Of a stretch of 64,000 nt of DNA, positions 1 through 10,602 are shown piece after piece. The position numbers were made by a program, and so were the translations under genes. Numbering within the stretch: position 1 is the first letter of the stretch; each line of letters starts with the position of its first letter. The DNA is from Podarcis filfolensis (lineage: Eukaryota): the NCBI GenBank assembly GCA_964270895.1, contig OZ185446.1; one strand, 5' to 3'. Below the pieces are notes generated by a model. It did no database searches. It saw only the letters and a program-made list of their open reading frames with translations, and was not told where the DNA came from.

Positions 1-339
1 AGAATGCAGCAGTCTGATTGGTCCGCAGGAGCCACCCAATCCAGCTCCTAGTGGAAGTGAATCAGCTACCTGATTGGCCTGCAGGAGCAGCCAATCAGGC
101 TCCTGGATAAAGTGAATCAGCAACCTGATTGGCCTGCAGGAACAACCAATCAGGCTTCTGGAGGAAGTGAATCCGTAACCTGATTGGCCTACAGGGGCAT
201 TCCAGAATTAGCCAATCACGCAGGGCCCATTGTGTAAATAATATATATATAGTTAGACGTTTTGGGGAAAGATTCATTCATTGCTACTACAAGCTGAATA
301 AACAGCATGAAATTCACACTCGACTCTGAGTATATTTCA
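1..339 (+). mobile_element. 3' portion of an LTR-like element with 55-bp tandem CCAAT-bearing units
   Basis: TGATTGG recurs at 15, 71, 126 and 181; TATA-like run near 241-250; AATAAA at 297-302; ends in CA at 338-339; truncated by the window edge. Confidence 0.55.
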
Positions 340-852
340 CTTTTTAAAGCAGCATTTATATATAGTTGGGGGAGAGAGTTAAAAATTCCTAAAGGGATGC
401 TGGCATTAGCCCTGGTGTGCCCTCTAGGACCTGAGCACCCTGGAATTTGCCCCATGCTGCCATGCCTGCTGATTCCAGACCTGTAATGCCTGAGTTTACG
501 ATGACTGGTGGTACGTTTTTAGTGGCTTCTCGTTTCAAAGCAGAATTTGCAATATCTCATTGTCTCGTTATCTGCTTTATGAAGGCTTAGGCTATGAAAA
601 GCAGGATGCGCCTGTTTAGACAGGCCAATAAATGTACATGCCAGCAATCCCCACAAGCCAGAAACTATTGTGCTCCACCTCTAAAGTTTACCACGAAACA
701 AAACTGCACATCTATCCCCATGGCAGTGTTGTTGTAGTTGTCTTTTGCCTGTCACAAAAGATTATCATATGCTACTTGTGACCTGTTTTCTACCTTCTCC
801 CATATTCCTGGGTTATTGGTGTCTCCTACTGATGCGTTACTTTATCTTACAG

Positions 853-879
853 GGTGAGATTGGCAGACCAGGAAGGAAG
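853..879 (+). CDS. COLQ: COLQ coding exon (human exon 5 equivalent, 27 nt): GEIGRPGRK
   Basis: AG at 851-852, GT at 880-881; Gly-X-Y; matches recalled human GELGRPGRK and forms the first heparan-sulfate-binding motif (RK-GR) with the next exon. Confidence 0.9.
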
Positions 880-1632
880 GTATGAGTCAAATCGCACAAC
901 ACCCTTGTACAGCACTGTGCCCGTTCACATGTTAAAAGAGATTTTTTCCATGTAAGGCCAACTGCAATGGAAAGAGTTTGGGGAGAAGAGGGGCTAAATG
1001 GAGCTCTTAGTTCCCCGTCTCTTCCTCCTCTGCAGTCACACAGAATTGTTGCTGCCAGGTAACAGTTGAGGGAAGGAGGTGTCTGAAGGTGTTTTGCTTA
1101 GCAGAGTCAATTGACTGGCTCTGTGGCACATCTCTCTCCCTCTTCTGCAGCCTGATGGAATAGCTGCTGGCAAGTGAGCTGAGGCAGAGGAGGAGCCTGA
1201 TGGAACTGGCTTCCCAGCACTGCCCACAGAGTGGTCCTGCTTCCCATCACCTTCTGCTTCATGTTGTTTAAACAAAATATTTTTTACAATCACTGTCATA
1301 ACTCATCAGTTGATCCCACTTGCCTGCAAAAAATCCCCACACATTGTAAGATTGTAAGATATATTTTTTAGAATTGAAATGCAACAGGCTGTTGGAACTG
1401 ATGCTACTCAGATGACCACCTAGTGGTGTTGCTTGGGGAAGACCAGAGGGGCAGTGGCCCTGGCTGCACGGGGGTGTGTGCATTTTGCTGCTCCGGGCTC
1501 TGTCAGCCCTGTCCTGTGCTGCTGTGCTCCTGGAGTGCACTCCCGCTGCCCTGCCAGGCCTGCCTGCTTTGTGTGGCGAGTTCCTGCCTCCCACCAGTAG
1601 AAATAAAGACACATGACACCATTATTTTAGGT

Positions 1633-1996
1633 TAAAGGTAAAGGTAAAGGTACCCCTGCCCATACGGGCCAGTCGTGTCGGACTCTAGGGTTGTGTGCCC
1701 ATCTCACTTAAGAGGCCGGGGGCCAGCGCTGTCCGCAGACACTTCCAGGTCACGTGGCCAGCGTGACAAGCTGCATCTGGCGAGCCAGCGCAGCACACGG
1801 AAACACCGTTTACCTTCCCGCTAGTAAGCGGTACCTATTTATCTACTTGCACCCGGGGGTGCTTTCAAACTGCTAGGTTGGCAGGCGCTGGGACCGAGCA
1901 ACGGGAGTGCACCCCGCCGCGGGGATTCGAACCGCCGACCTGACGATCGGCAAGTCCTAGGTGCTGAGGTTTTACCCACAGCGCCACCCGCGTCCC
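1633..1996 (-). mobile_element. Sauria/Squam1-type SINE, full length, subfamily B
   Basis: tRNA-like head GGGACGCGGGTGGCGCTG, B-box GTTCGAATCC and (ACCTTT)n tail, all on - strand. Confidence 0.92.
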
Positions 1997-3242
1997 TAGG
2001 TATTTTAGGTTAATGGGCTAATATTGGCCACAACTTTATTGGTTACAGGTGATGAGCGGTATTGGCTTAGGCATTGGTCCTATCCGACTATCCTGCTTCA
2101 GCCTGATTGCTTGAAGACCGGGAAGGGTTAACACCAGCAAGGGGAGCCCTGCTGATGCACATCAACTAGGGACTTCCCCGGGGTCACTGCTCGGGGGCGA
2201 GCTTTAGGCCTTGGCCTCTATAGGCTTCGGATGAGGCCACGCCCCCTGGAACCCTTTACCGGACTACCCTTCAATATTTGGGGGAGGTGATGGCGCTCCC
2301 CCCCACCACATCTACATAACAATACCCCTACCAATGCCTAACCGCCAAAACCAAAGGAGTTGTGACGTTTTGCTACGAGGTAGGCGAAAAACCAAATGGC
2401 CAGTGCCAATTTGCCAAGTGGAAAAAATTCCTACCAGACCCCTCAACGGCGACCAACCGAGGTCCATAGCAAGGTCAGAAGGGAACCTTAAAGGGTGGGT
2501 GGGTGGGAAACCTCAGCAGCTGACCGGGACCAAAGAGGGAGATCCTGGGGCTGCGCTTGCCTTAAATGAGGCAAGCCACACACCCCGAGCCAGCTGATTG
2601 GCTGGCTCAGGGGATGATGCGGCCCAAGGATTCCCCTGATCGCACGGGGGCTGGAAGCCAGCCTCCGCTCTCGTGTTGTGGGCGTGAAGCCCGCAACACC
2701 ACCTCCTCCCGAAGTCGGAAGTGGTTTTGCGACGCTGCAGGGCTGCATGAGGAGGGCGCCACAGGCATGCACGCTGAACAGGAAGGGCGAACGCCTGGTG
2801 TGTCCTCCTCACACAGCCCTGCGGCATCGCAGAGCAGAGTGGGGCTGGCAGGGCAGTGTGAGTGTCAGGGGCGCAACACAGCCCTGCTTTGCTTCAGGAG
2901 GTGGGGCGTTGCTGGCAGGGGCTGGGCATGGGCTCTGCTCACCCTCCACGCCTCCCTCTGTGTGGATGGACCACCCCGGAGTGCCCGCCCACCCCAGGTG
3001 CCAGCAGCACATGCTATGTTCCTGGGCCTGCTTTGCATGCATGTAGTAACTGACCCATTCTGTAAACTCTGATCGGTGTCATAAGCTAGATGGATGCTGG
3101 CCCACATACATACAACAAATGGGCCACAGTCCAAAATGAACAATCATGTCCCAACGCTATGACATTTAATGTTCTGTGGTCAGGAAGAACTTCCAAGGGT
3201 GTGGCTGGGTGCCTTATTGTCATTCGAAGAGGCTTCGTTATA

Positions 3243-3449
3243 CCATATTGGCCCAAATATAAGCCACACTTTTTTTCCAAATTCTGACAGTGAAAAGTTA
3301 AAGTGCGGCTTATATTTACAACCTTTATGCTCCCAGCAAAGCGGCATGGCTCCCCCCCCCCCAGGAAGCAGCTCAGGTATTCCCCCCCATCCTTCAATTT
3401 TAAAGGCGTGGCTTATTTGCGGGTGTGGCTTATATTTGGGTCAATACGG
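3243..3449. mobile_element. Tc1/mariner-superfamily MITE (CCGTA...TACGG termini)
   Basis: Terminal inverted repeats flanked by TA; internal repeated GCGGCTTATATTT. Confidence 0.75.
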
Positions 3450-3544
3450 TATTCAGATATTACTGCTACCAATTTGATGTTATTGCATCTGATTTTTTTC
3501 TCTTTCTACTTCCTTCCCCCCATCCCTGTCCTCTTTTTTTGAAG

Positions 3545-3616
3545 GGCAGACCAGGTCCCCCAGGTGTCCCTGGACTTCCAGGACCTATTGGATGGCCTGG
3601 CCCAATAGGACCGAAG
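3545..3616 (+). CDS. COLQ: COLQ coding exon (exon 6 equivalent, 72 nt): [24 protein letters not shown]
   Basis: Pyrimidine tract plus AG at 3543-3544, GT at 3617-3618; near-identical to recalled human [24 protein letters not shown]. Confidence 0.97.
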
Positions 3617-4015
3617 GTAAGATTAAGGCACCATTTACTAATGTGGTCAAACCTGTAATGCAAATTAAGTTAAATCCATCTTGTTGAATGCAGCTTACTT
3701 GCGGTAGAGTGAGCTTGTAAACGATTACGCGTCCCTAGGTTCCTAAAGGCATATGGGTTTCGGACCCCAGTGCAATGAAGAGGAAGACTTCCAGCTCAGA
3801 AACACAGGTTTCCTGAGGTCAGGCTTCTGTACATGGTTACTCAATCCAGATTTGAATGCTGCACATGTTTCTTGAGCAGTACTGGAATGTGAAGCCGTCT
3901 TTACTTCTGAGCATGTGCAAGAAAATGTAGGAAAATGTACCACAGAATGATAGTGGGAGTTTAGAGTATGGGAAGATGGCAGAATGGACCATAGTGGTAT
4001 CCTTGGGGTGATAAT

Positions 4016-4017
<2 letters not shown>

Positions 4018-4055
<38 letters not shown>
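4018..4055. repeat. (TG)n microsatellite
   Basis: About 19 perfect units. Confidence 0.98.
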
Positions 4056-4059
<4 letters not shown>

Positions 4060-5576
4060 ATGTCTCATAGCCATCATTTGCTATGGACATTTCTCCTCTT
4101 AGTTCCCCTGCCTTCTCTTATCATGACAATTCTCCCATATTCTTTGTTTATTCCTGATAACTCTCTTTCCCATTACTTGGCTACAGGAGTGCCATAACGT
4201 GGACATGAAACATCACACACACACGCCTACATATAGTGTGTGCGATGTCCCTCATCTACATGCAGGTGTGTTTGTGTGTGTGTGTGACATCCCACACACA
4301 TCCCACGGCTGGTGGCAGCGACTCCTTTTCCTTCTCTCCTCAGTCAGTGAGGCACCCTTTCCCACCCTGCATTTGAGGCCCATCCCCCCCAAAAAGGGTG
4401 TCTTGCTTGCTGGCTGTGGAGGGCGGAGCTGAACTTTTTCTCTCTCAGATGCAGCACCGCTGCTGCCTGCTGGCTTTTCTCATTGACTTTGTGGGTGCCC
4501 GGCCCCGACAAATATATTATTGTGAGTGTGACAGCACCCACAGCCCTCTGGAGTTGGCTCCTATGCTTGGCTATAAGCCAGCATGATTATCTTAACAAAC
4601 GCTTAGCCTACTAGATTTGATGATGATGACGATGATGCTCCCCACCCCCAAATTTTTCGGATGATCACTGGACAGCAGAAAACATACGTGGCTAGAGAGA
4701 TTTCTGCAAACCTGTTTGCAGACACAAATGACTACCAGCCCACATCCTTAAAATATCAATGACTTCCCTTCTCCTCTTTCAATGGTTCATTTTGCATACC
4801 ATCAATCCATGCATATTTTACAAAAAAACTAAACCATTCAGTATTTTATTATTGCATCCACCAAAACTTATTTACACTGCTGAATTTATCTTCATGCTAC
4901 CAACGTTTTCAGGTTACACTCCCCCCCCCCCATATATTCACATTTTGCAAGCGAAACTGGGTAGACCGGTAGCCAAAACTGACAGCCCAAGTGGACTTCA
5001 GGAGCTGATACTATAAATCAGAGAGACTAAGCTGGCCCAATCCAAGAGGCAGTACAGGCAGCTGCCTGGGGCACCTGAATGCAATAGGTGCTGGGATGCT
5101 CTGGGAAAACCCCAAGTAACTCGGGATCGCAGGGTTTGAGGCTGGGAGTGAGCAACAGTCTCTACCCCCCCCCCCTTGCTGCTTTCTTAAATGGATCTCC
5201 TTCTCATTGCTCAGTTCACTATGGAGCAGGAGAAAGCGGCTGCAGTTTAATAACACTAATAATTTAAGAAGGGCAGCAAAGCAGACATCCCCCTAGAGTA
5301 GCAATATAAATTGAGCCAGAAGTGTTGTGCAGTTGTTTGCGGGTCTCATTGTAGTGCTGGTAAATGGCCATCTGTTGCAGGAGATGATATTAAGAGACAA
5401 CGCATTGCTTTACAATTTATTCTGAATTAGCCGTATGAAACTTCATGTTGTGTTGCTGCTTAGACTGTGGTTTGTTTCTGCTCTCTCTGATTCAGAACCA
5501 GAACAGTCTGCGTTCCAGTTACTGACACCTTTCTGCAGCCACAATGAATAACTCCTTTTTATTGTGACCCCTCTAG

Positions 5577-5639
5577 GGTGAAAAGGGAGATTTGGGTTTG
5601 ATGGGATTGCCAGGTACAAGAGGACCAACGGGCTTTAAG
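5577..5639 (+). CDS. COLQ: COLQ coding exon (exon 7 equivalent, 63 nt): GEKGDLGLMGLPGTRGPTGFK
   Basis: AG 5575-5576, GT 5640-5641; Gly-X-Y, phase 0. Confidence 0.95.
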
Positions 5640-5923
5640 GTTTGTTTCACCCAGCTGCTATGTCGTCCCCATCTGGCTGCTTACAGCTGCTTCCTTGGTA
5701 ACAAAGTGCTTGTGTATATTATTTGAAGATAGCAGCAATGTTCGTGGGGAGAAGGAATAATAGGGAAAGACAGGATTTCCCCATAGCAATAATGAAAAAT
5801 CAAAAGGTTTTGTCAGCATGCTGGCTTTCTGCTTTATTCTTAATCAAATACCTTACTACAATCTAATATAAAGGGGGGGGGGAGTAATTTAAAAGCAAAA
5901 TCTATGTAACATGAGCCTCAAGA

Positions 5924-6066
5924 CCCCAGGGCTTTTAATTCCAGCTGGAACTCAGCAGAACTCAGCTCCGGCACCAACTCAGGTGGGCACCATTGCCATT
6001 TATAAGAGAACAAGGGAGGTGTTCATGGTGAGTTCCGGCACCTTTTTCTCTAGAAAAATAGCACTG
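5924..6066 (+). mobile_element. Short interspersed element with CAGGGCT/AGCACTG ends (probable hAT-type MITE)
   Basis: Related copies at 26302-26431 (inverted) and 26574-26683. Confidence 0.6.
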
Positions 6067-6074
6067 TTGTTAAA

Positions 6075-6240
6075 TTTGTTATTGGTATGAGCTTTCGTGT
6101 GCATGCAGGTATCTGAAGAATTGTGCATGCACACGAAAGCTCATACCATTAACAAACATAGTTGGTCTCTAAGGTGCTACTGGAAGGAATTTTTTTATTT
6201 TGTTTCGACTACGGCAGACCAACATGGCTACCTACCTGTA
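6075..6240 (+). mobile_element. Penelope-like element terminal fragment with 5' inverted segment
   Basis: Tail ...GTTGGTCTCTAAGGTGCTACTGG...GACTACGGCAGACCAACATGGCTACCTACCTG recalled as a lizard Penelope end; hammerhead core present; inverted arm at 6083-6107. Confidence 0.7.
6108..6147 (+). ncRNA. Minimal type-I hammerhead ribozyme motif (probably degenerate)
   Basis: Helix I GGTAT/ATACC; CTGAAGA core; helix II TGTG-CATG-CACA; GAAA; palindromic AGCT helix III; UC cleavage site at 6141-6142; the closing pair of helix II is a T.C mismatch. Confidence 0.65.
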
Positions 6241-7458
6241 TCCAAATGCAGGCAGTTAGAATTCCCTCCACTTCCCTCCTGCCACCCTCATGTAAAGGAT
6301 GGTATGTGTAACCTTGGTCCAAGAATGGGATGAGTGGACTCCCCTTTCTGCTGCGCCCAACTTTTTATGTCTAGGGTGCTGGTTTTTGTTTTGGGTTTTC
6401 GAAACAACAACATGATGTTCAGTACCAAAAAGGCAGCTCTTTGACATTTAAAAACTTCCAAGTTAGTGGTTCCGAAGCAGCTGGAATATTTGCTAAAGGA
6501 GATGGCTTTATCTTCTTGTTTTGATAGATGGGCTGTACTGATTGAGTACTAGTCATTTGGAGCATGACCACAAATCACAGTCCTGCAAAACATCCCACAT
6601 TAATTTATAGGCGCCGTGCCAAATTGTGAACTGTGCTTGTGCAACACAACTCGGATTTTTTCCTGTTCATTGGATGTCTTGCGGTGGGTGCAGGACCATG
6701 AAATCCCTCTATATTATCATAGTAAAAGTGCCTAGGCATAAGACATTAGCAACTTCATGTTTAGCAGAAGATGAATTGATTACAAAGTGACAAAACTAGA
6801 GTACTGTCTATAGCCAAAGGCGATTTAAGAAGAGAAAAGAACCTTTGTTTAAGCATCATTTGTATCCAAAGCAGATACATATTGAGGCTATATCTCTTTA
6901 ATGTTGATTTATTTATTTAATTGCTTGACAAATGGTATACCACTTAATCATTAAAAACCACTAAGTGGCCTAGGTATTTACATTACGCAATTGCAGCTAT
7001 AATTTCTTTAAGAAAATCTTAAATGTCCATGGGAGTTGCTACAAAAGAGTTGGGTCTAAGCTGAAGTACAGTCAAAGTAAACGTCAGAGAGAGACTTGCC
7101 TTTGCTAGATAAGAGGAAACAGCTGAAGAAAATGGCTTAGGGCATTTTACCACAGAGACTGCTTTCAATTATATTATTATACTGAGAATTATAATGGCTT
7201 TCTGCTGTTGTTTTAATTTCCAAAGCAATTTCTAACAAGGCTAGCATGCTTTCTGTACCAGATTTATTTGTTTTTCATGTCTGCCTCCAGGCTGGGGCTT
7301 AAATGCTCATATTTGTGATTTTCTTCCAATGGCTACAAAGGAAAATGTTGCCGCAACTCATTACGGATTGCTTTTCCAGCCTGATTTTAAAGTCCATATG
7401 TTACTATGATGTAATCAATAGCAAGCATGTAAATACCTGCCCTTTTATCTTCTTCTAG

Positions 7459-7485
7459 GGTTACCCTGGAAGCAGAGGAGAAAAG
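7459..7485 (+). CDS. COLQ: COLQ coding exon (exon 8 equivalent, 27 nt): GYPGSRGEK
   Basis: AG 7457-7458, GT 7486-7487; identical to recalled human peptide. Confidence 0.93.
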
Positions 7486-7571
7486 GTTTGTCATGCAAAG
7501 AGCATTGCGACCTATGTTCCTCAGGCCCCCCAAAATGTGATGCTTTGGTATGTTAGTAATAACAGGATCAA

Positions 7572-7656
7572 GGGACACGGGTGGTGCTGTGGGTTAAACC
7601 ACAGAGCCTAGGACTTGCCAATCAGAAGGTCGACGGTTCGAATCCCCGCGGCGGGG
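7572..7656 (+). mobile_element. Sauria SINE, 5' head only
   Basis: Matches the first ~85 nt of the full-length copies. Confidence 0.85.
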
Positions 7657-8536
7657 TGAGCTCCCATTTGGAAGAACCAATTAAGGCCACTTTATGATGT
7701 GCATTCCCCACCTATTAGGAATAGTATCAAGAAATTGGTTATATGTTCTCATAGCCACTGATAGGCCCTTCAAGTAGCCTTAGCAGCAAAAGAGAAAGTT
7801 TACGTATTTGGCCAGGAATTATCTGAACAATCATGCACACGTCAGCAGGCAAAGCGCTGGGAATAAATACATTGCTTTCTTCTTCTAATTTCATCTCAGT
7901 GCTCCCCCCTCCCACTCTCTCTCTTTGTCCTGTCCTCTCATCCCCTTTAGTTCATTTCATTTGCTAATGCATAGAAAAGGCGTAGGCAGGTGTGACGTAA
8001 GGCTCTGCCTCCCCCACAAGCTACATTTTTTAAAATTCCATTTCTGAAAATAATTTGTACATGTTCAGTGTCTACACACAGCCAGTTCTCTGTAATCAGG
8101 AATGCTACATAGGGAGGGTTGGGGTGTGTGTCAAAGCACAGGTTAGTACCTTCTGCGGATGCTGTCCCTGCCTGCGTGTCTCATTTGTCCACACATTAAT
8201 GTCTGGAAAAGGTTTTAAAGCAAACAAAGGGTACCCATGCTGAATGTTGATACAATCCACATTAGCTCAGAGATTGGCTTAATTTCAGGTAACGGCCCAC
8301 TAGCTGAAGATCAGTAAATGACATTTAACTTGAAAGTCGTCGTGTTCATTACATCACCTGGAGTGTACTGAGGATGGTAATTGTGGGGGACCAAGAATCT
8401 AACAAATGTTCTGTATACTGAACAACTTCATTTTGATGGGCTTCTGTGTTTAATTCTACATTCAGTGCTGAAAGAAAACATCTGTTTTTGAAACGCCGTG
8501 TTCTATAGCTATTATCTCCTGTATGGTTTTCCACAG

Positions 8537-8581
8537 GGAACTCCGGGAGAGAAGGGCGACAAAGGCAGCAAAGGTGACAAG
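8537..8581 (+). CDS. COLQ: COLQ coding exon (exon 9 equivalent, 45 nt): GTPGEKGDKGSKGDK
   Basis: AG 8535-8536, GT 8582-8583; Gly-X-Y, expected size. Confidence 0.92.
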
Positions 8582-8934
8582 GTAAAATTACCTTAATAGA
8601 GCACCTAATTCGTGTTGAACGTAGTTTGATTTGTGGTTGCATTCATAGCATAGTTGTATGAGGGTGGAGATTATAGATGCGGACTTCGTTTAACTTCCGT
8701 ACGCAATCAGCTATGCTCATTGCTAAGACAATAACACAAATCTATTTGGTTGAAGGTCCGGTGAACTATAGCCCTTATCTGTGAAGTCAGAATTGGTCAG
8801 AAATATCTGCAATGGTCTATGACCTCGTATTTTCCAAATGACTTATCATTTTTTTTAAACTATATATATTCATTTGCTGTATTTATTTACTTACTGATTT
8901 ACTACTTGCATTTATACCATACTTTTCCTCCGAA

Positions 8935-9075
8935 AAGCTTGAGGTGGTTCTCTTCCTCCCCATTTTATCTTCACAACAACCCTGTGTAGTAGGCTGGTTT
9001 AGGGACTGTGACTGGCCCAAGGGGAGCTCCATGGCCAAGTGGGGATTCGAACTCTGGTCTCCCAGGTCCTACCTA
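8935..9075 (-). mobile_element. MIR/CORE-type SINE fragment
   Basis: CCCATTTTATCTTCACAACAACCCTGTG...GGGGATTCGAACTCTGGTCTCC pattern. Confidence 0.55.
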
Positions 9076-9560
9076 GTCCAACATTTTATTACTATTTAAC
9101 TGAATTTATATACCGCCCTATATTCGGAGGTCTCAGGGCAGTTCACAGAACAAAATCAAAAATATAATACCACAAATATATAATCAAAATAAAAACAACC
9201 CAATAACACTGCCCCCCAAACCCCACATTTTAAAAGGGTAATTACTACACCTCATTATAAAATAATACATTATTTTACTAATAGTACTTTATACATTTGT
9301 TTTAAATGGTTTGTATCTTTTGCTTATTATATGCATCCATCTTGGGCTTCTATGCAAGGAAGGGCAAGGTAAAAAAACCCACAACACATAAGTAATAGTT
9401 TTCCTGGTGATTTATTTTAATTTTATTTTCTAATTGCAACCATCATCATCATCAAACTGAATCAGTGACTCACATTCTTTCTTATTGTGTTTATACGAAA
9501 CTCAAAGGGATTCGTTAGAAAACAATTTAACTTGTGTCTTTCCCAACATTTTTCTTGCAG

Positions 9561-9596
9561 GGACACATAGGTTTCCCTGGAATGCTGGGGCAGAAG
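9561..9596 (+). CDS. COLQ: COLQ coding exon (exon 10 equivalent, 36 nt): GHIGFPGMLGQK
   Basis: AG 9559-9560, GT 9597-9598; matches recalled human GFPGFPGMLGQK. Confidence 0.93.
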
Positions 9597-9722
9597 GTAT
9601 GTCTATAGGAAGCAAGAAATTCTCAGGCTGTCCACCTGCTTGGCTTATGTTGGCATTAATATTTGGGAAGCCTTTAAAAAGTGCAATCCTTCATAGATTT
9701 ACTCAGAGGTAACTCCCACTTA

Positions 9723-10079
9723 GGGATGCGGGTGGCGCTGTGGGTTAAACCACAGAGCCTAGGACTTGCCGATCAGAAGGTCGGCGGTTCGAATCCCTGC
9801 AACGGGGTGAGCTCCCGTTGCTCGGTCCCTGCTCCTGCCAACCTAGCAGTTCAAAAGCACGTCAAAGTGCAAGTAGATAAATAGGTACCGCTCCGGTGGA
9901 AAGGTAAACGGCATTTCCATGCGCTGCTCTGGTTCGCCAGAAGCGGCTTAGTCATTCTGGCCACATTCTCGCCAGAAGCTGTACGCCGGCTCCCTCGGCC
10001 AATAAAGCGAGATGAGCGCCGCAACCCCAGAGTCAGCCACGACTGGACCTAGTAGTCAGGGGTCCCTTTACGTTTACCT
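9723..10079 (+). mobile_element. Sauria SINE, full length, subfamily A
   Basis: 11-bp target-site duplication (TSD) ACTCCCACTTA at 9712-9722 and 10080-10090. Confidence 0.95.
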
Positions 10080-10521
10080 ACTCCCACTTAACTTTCTGGT
10101 ATACTTTCTGTGCACACTTATGAGGGGATAAGCCCCGTTTCACTCAGAGGAACTTACACCTCAAAACATACACATTGCATTGTCAAGACTCCTAAGTGAA
10201 ATGTATTCTGCATGAGGTTTATGCTGCCTGGATCTGTGAATAAGTGTGGGGAAAACTATGTCTTAGGGACAGATTCGGCCCTTTCATGAATTCCATCTGG
10301 GCTCCCTGAGGAGGTTTGGATTTGAAAGACAGAAAGCCTACTGGATCAATTTTTACGTTTGAAGGGACAGATCCGGCAAGCTGTCAGCTGCCTGGTCCAC
10401 CCTTTCAAAGCTCTTCCTTCTCAGGCGGATGGGAAGCTGCCCAGGGTTGGGCTGTAAATAATAACCAAGTAAATATATTTGTGCTAAAGCTCTTCTCTTT
10501 GTCCTTTCCATCCCCGTTAAG

Positions 10522-10602
10522 GGAGAAATGGGCCCAAAGGGGGAATCTGGTTCATCCGGACACAGAGGTCCAACTGGAAGACCAGGGAAAAGAGGCAAAC
10601 AA
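10522..10602 (+). CDS. COLQ: COLQ coding exon (exon 11 equivalent, 81 nt): [27 protein letters not shown]
   Basis: AG 10520-10521, GT 10603-10604; contains the second heparan-sulfate-binding motif GRPGKRGK. Confidence 0.96.

Noticed and set aside
1-230. CRISPR-like repeat-spacer array
   Set aside because: Eukaryotic context, units are contiguous tandem repeats without unique spacers, and no cas genes.
9723-10079. tRNA genes in SINE heads (also 63144 and 46688)
   Set aside because: A/B boxes continue into SINE bodies and tails, with TSDs in several copies, and no complete cloverleaf is present.
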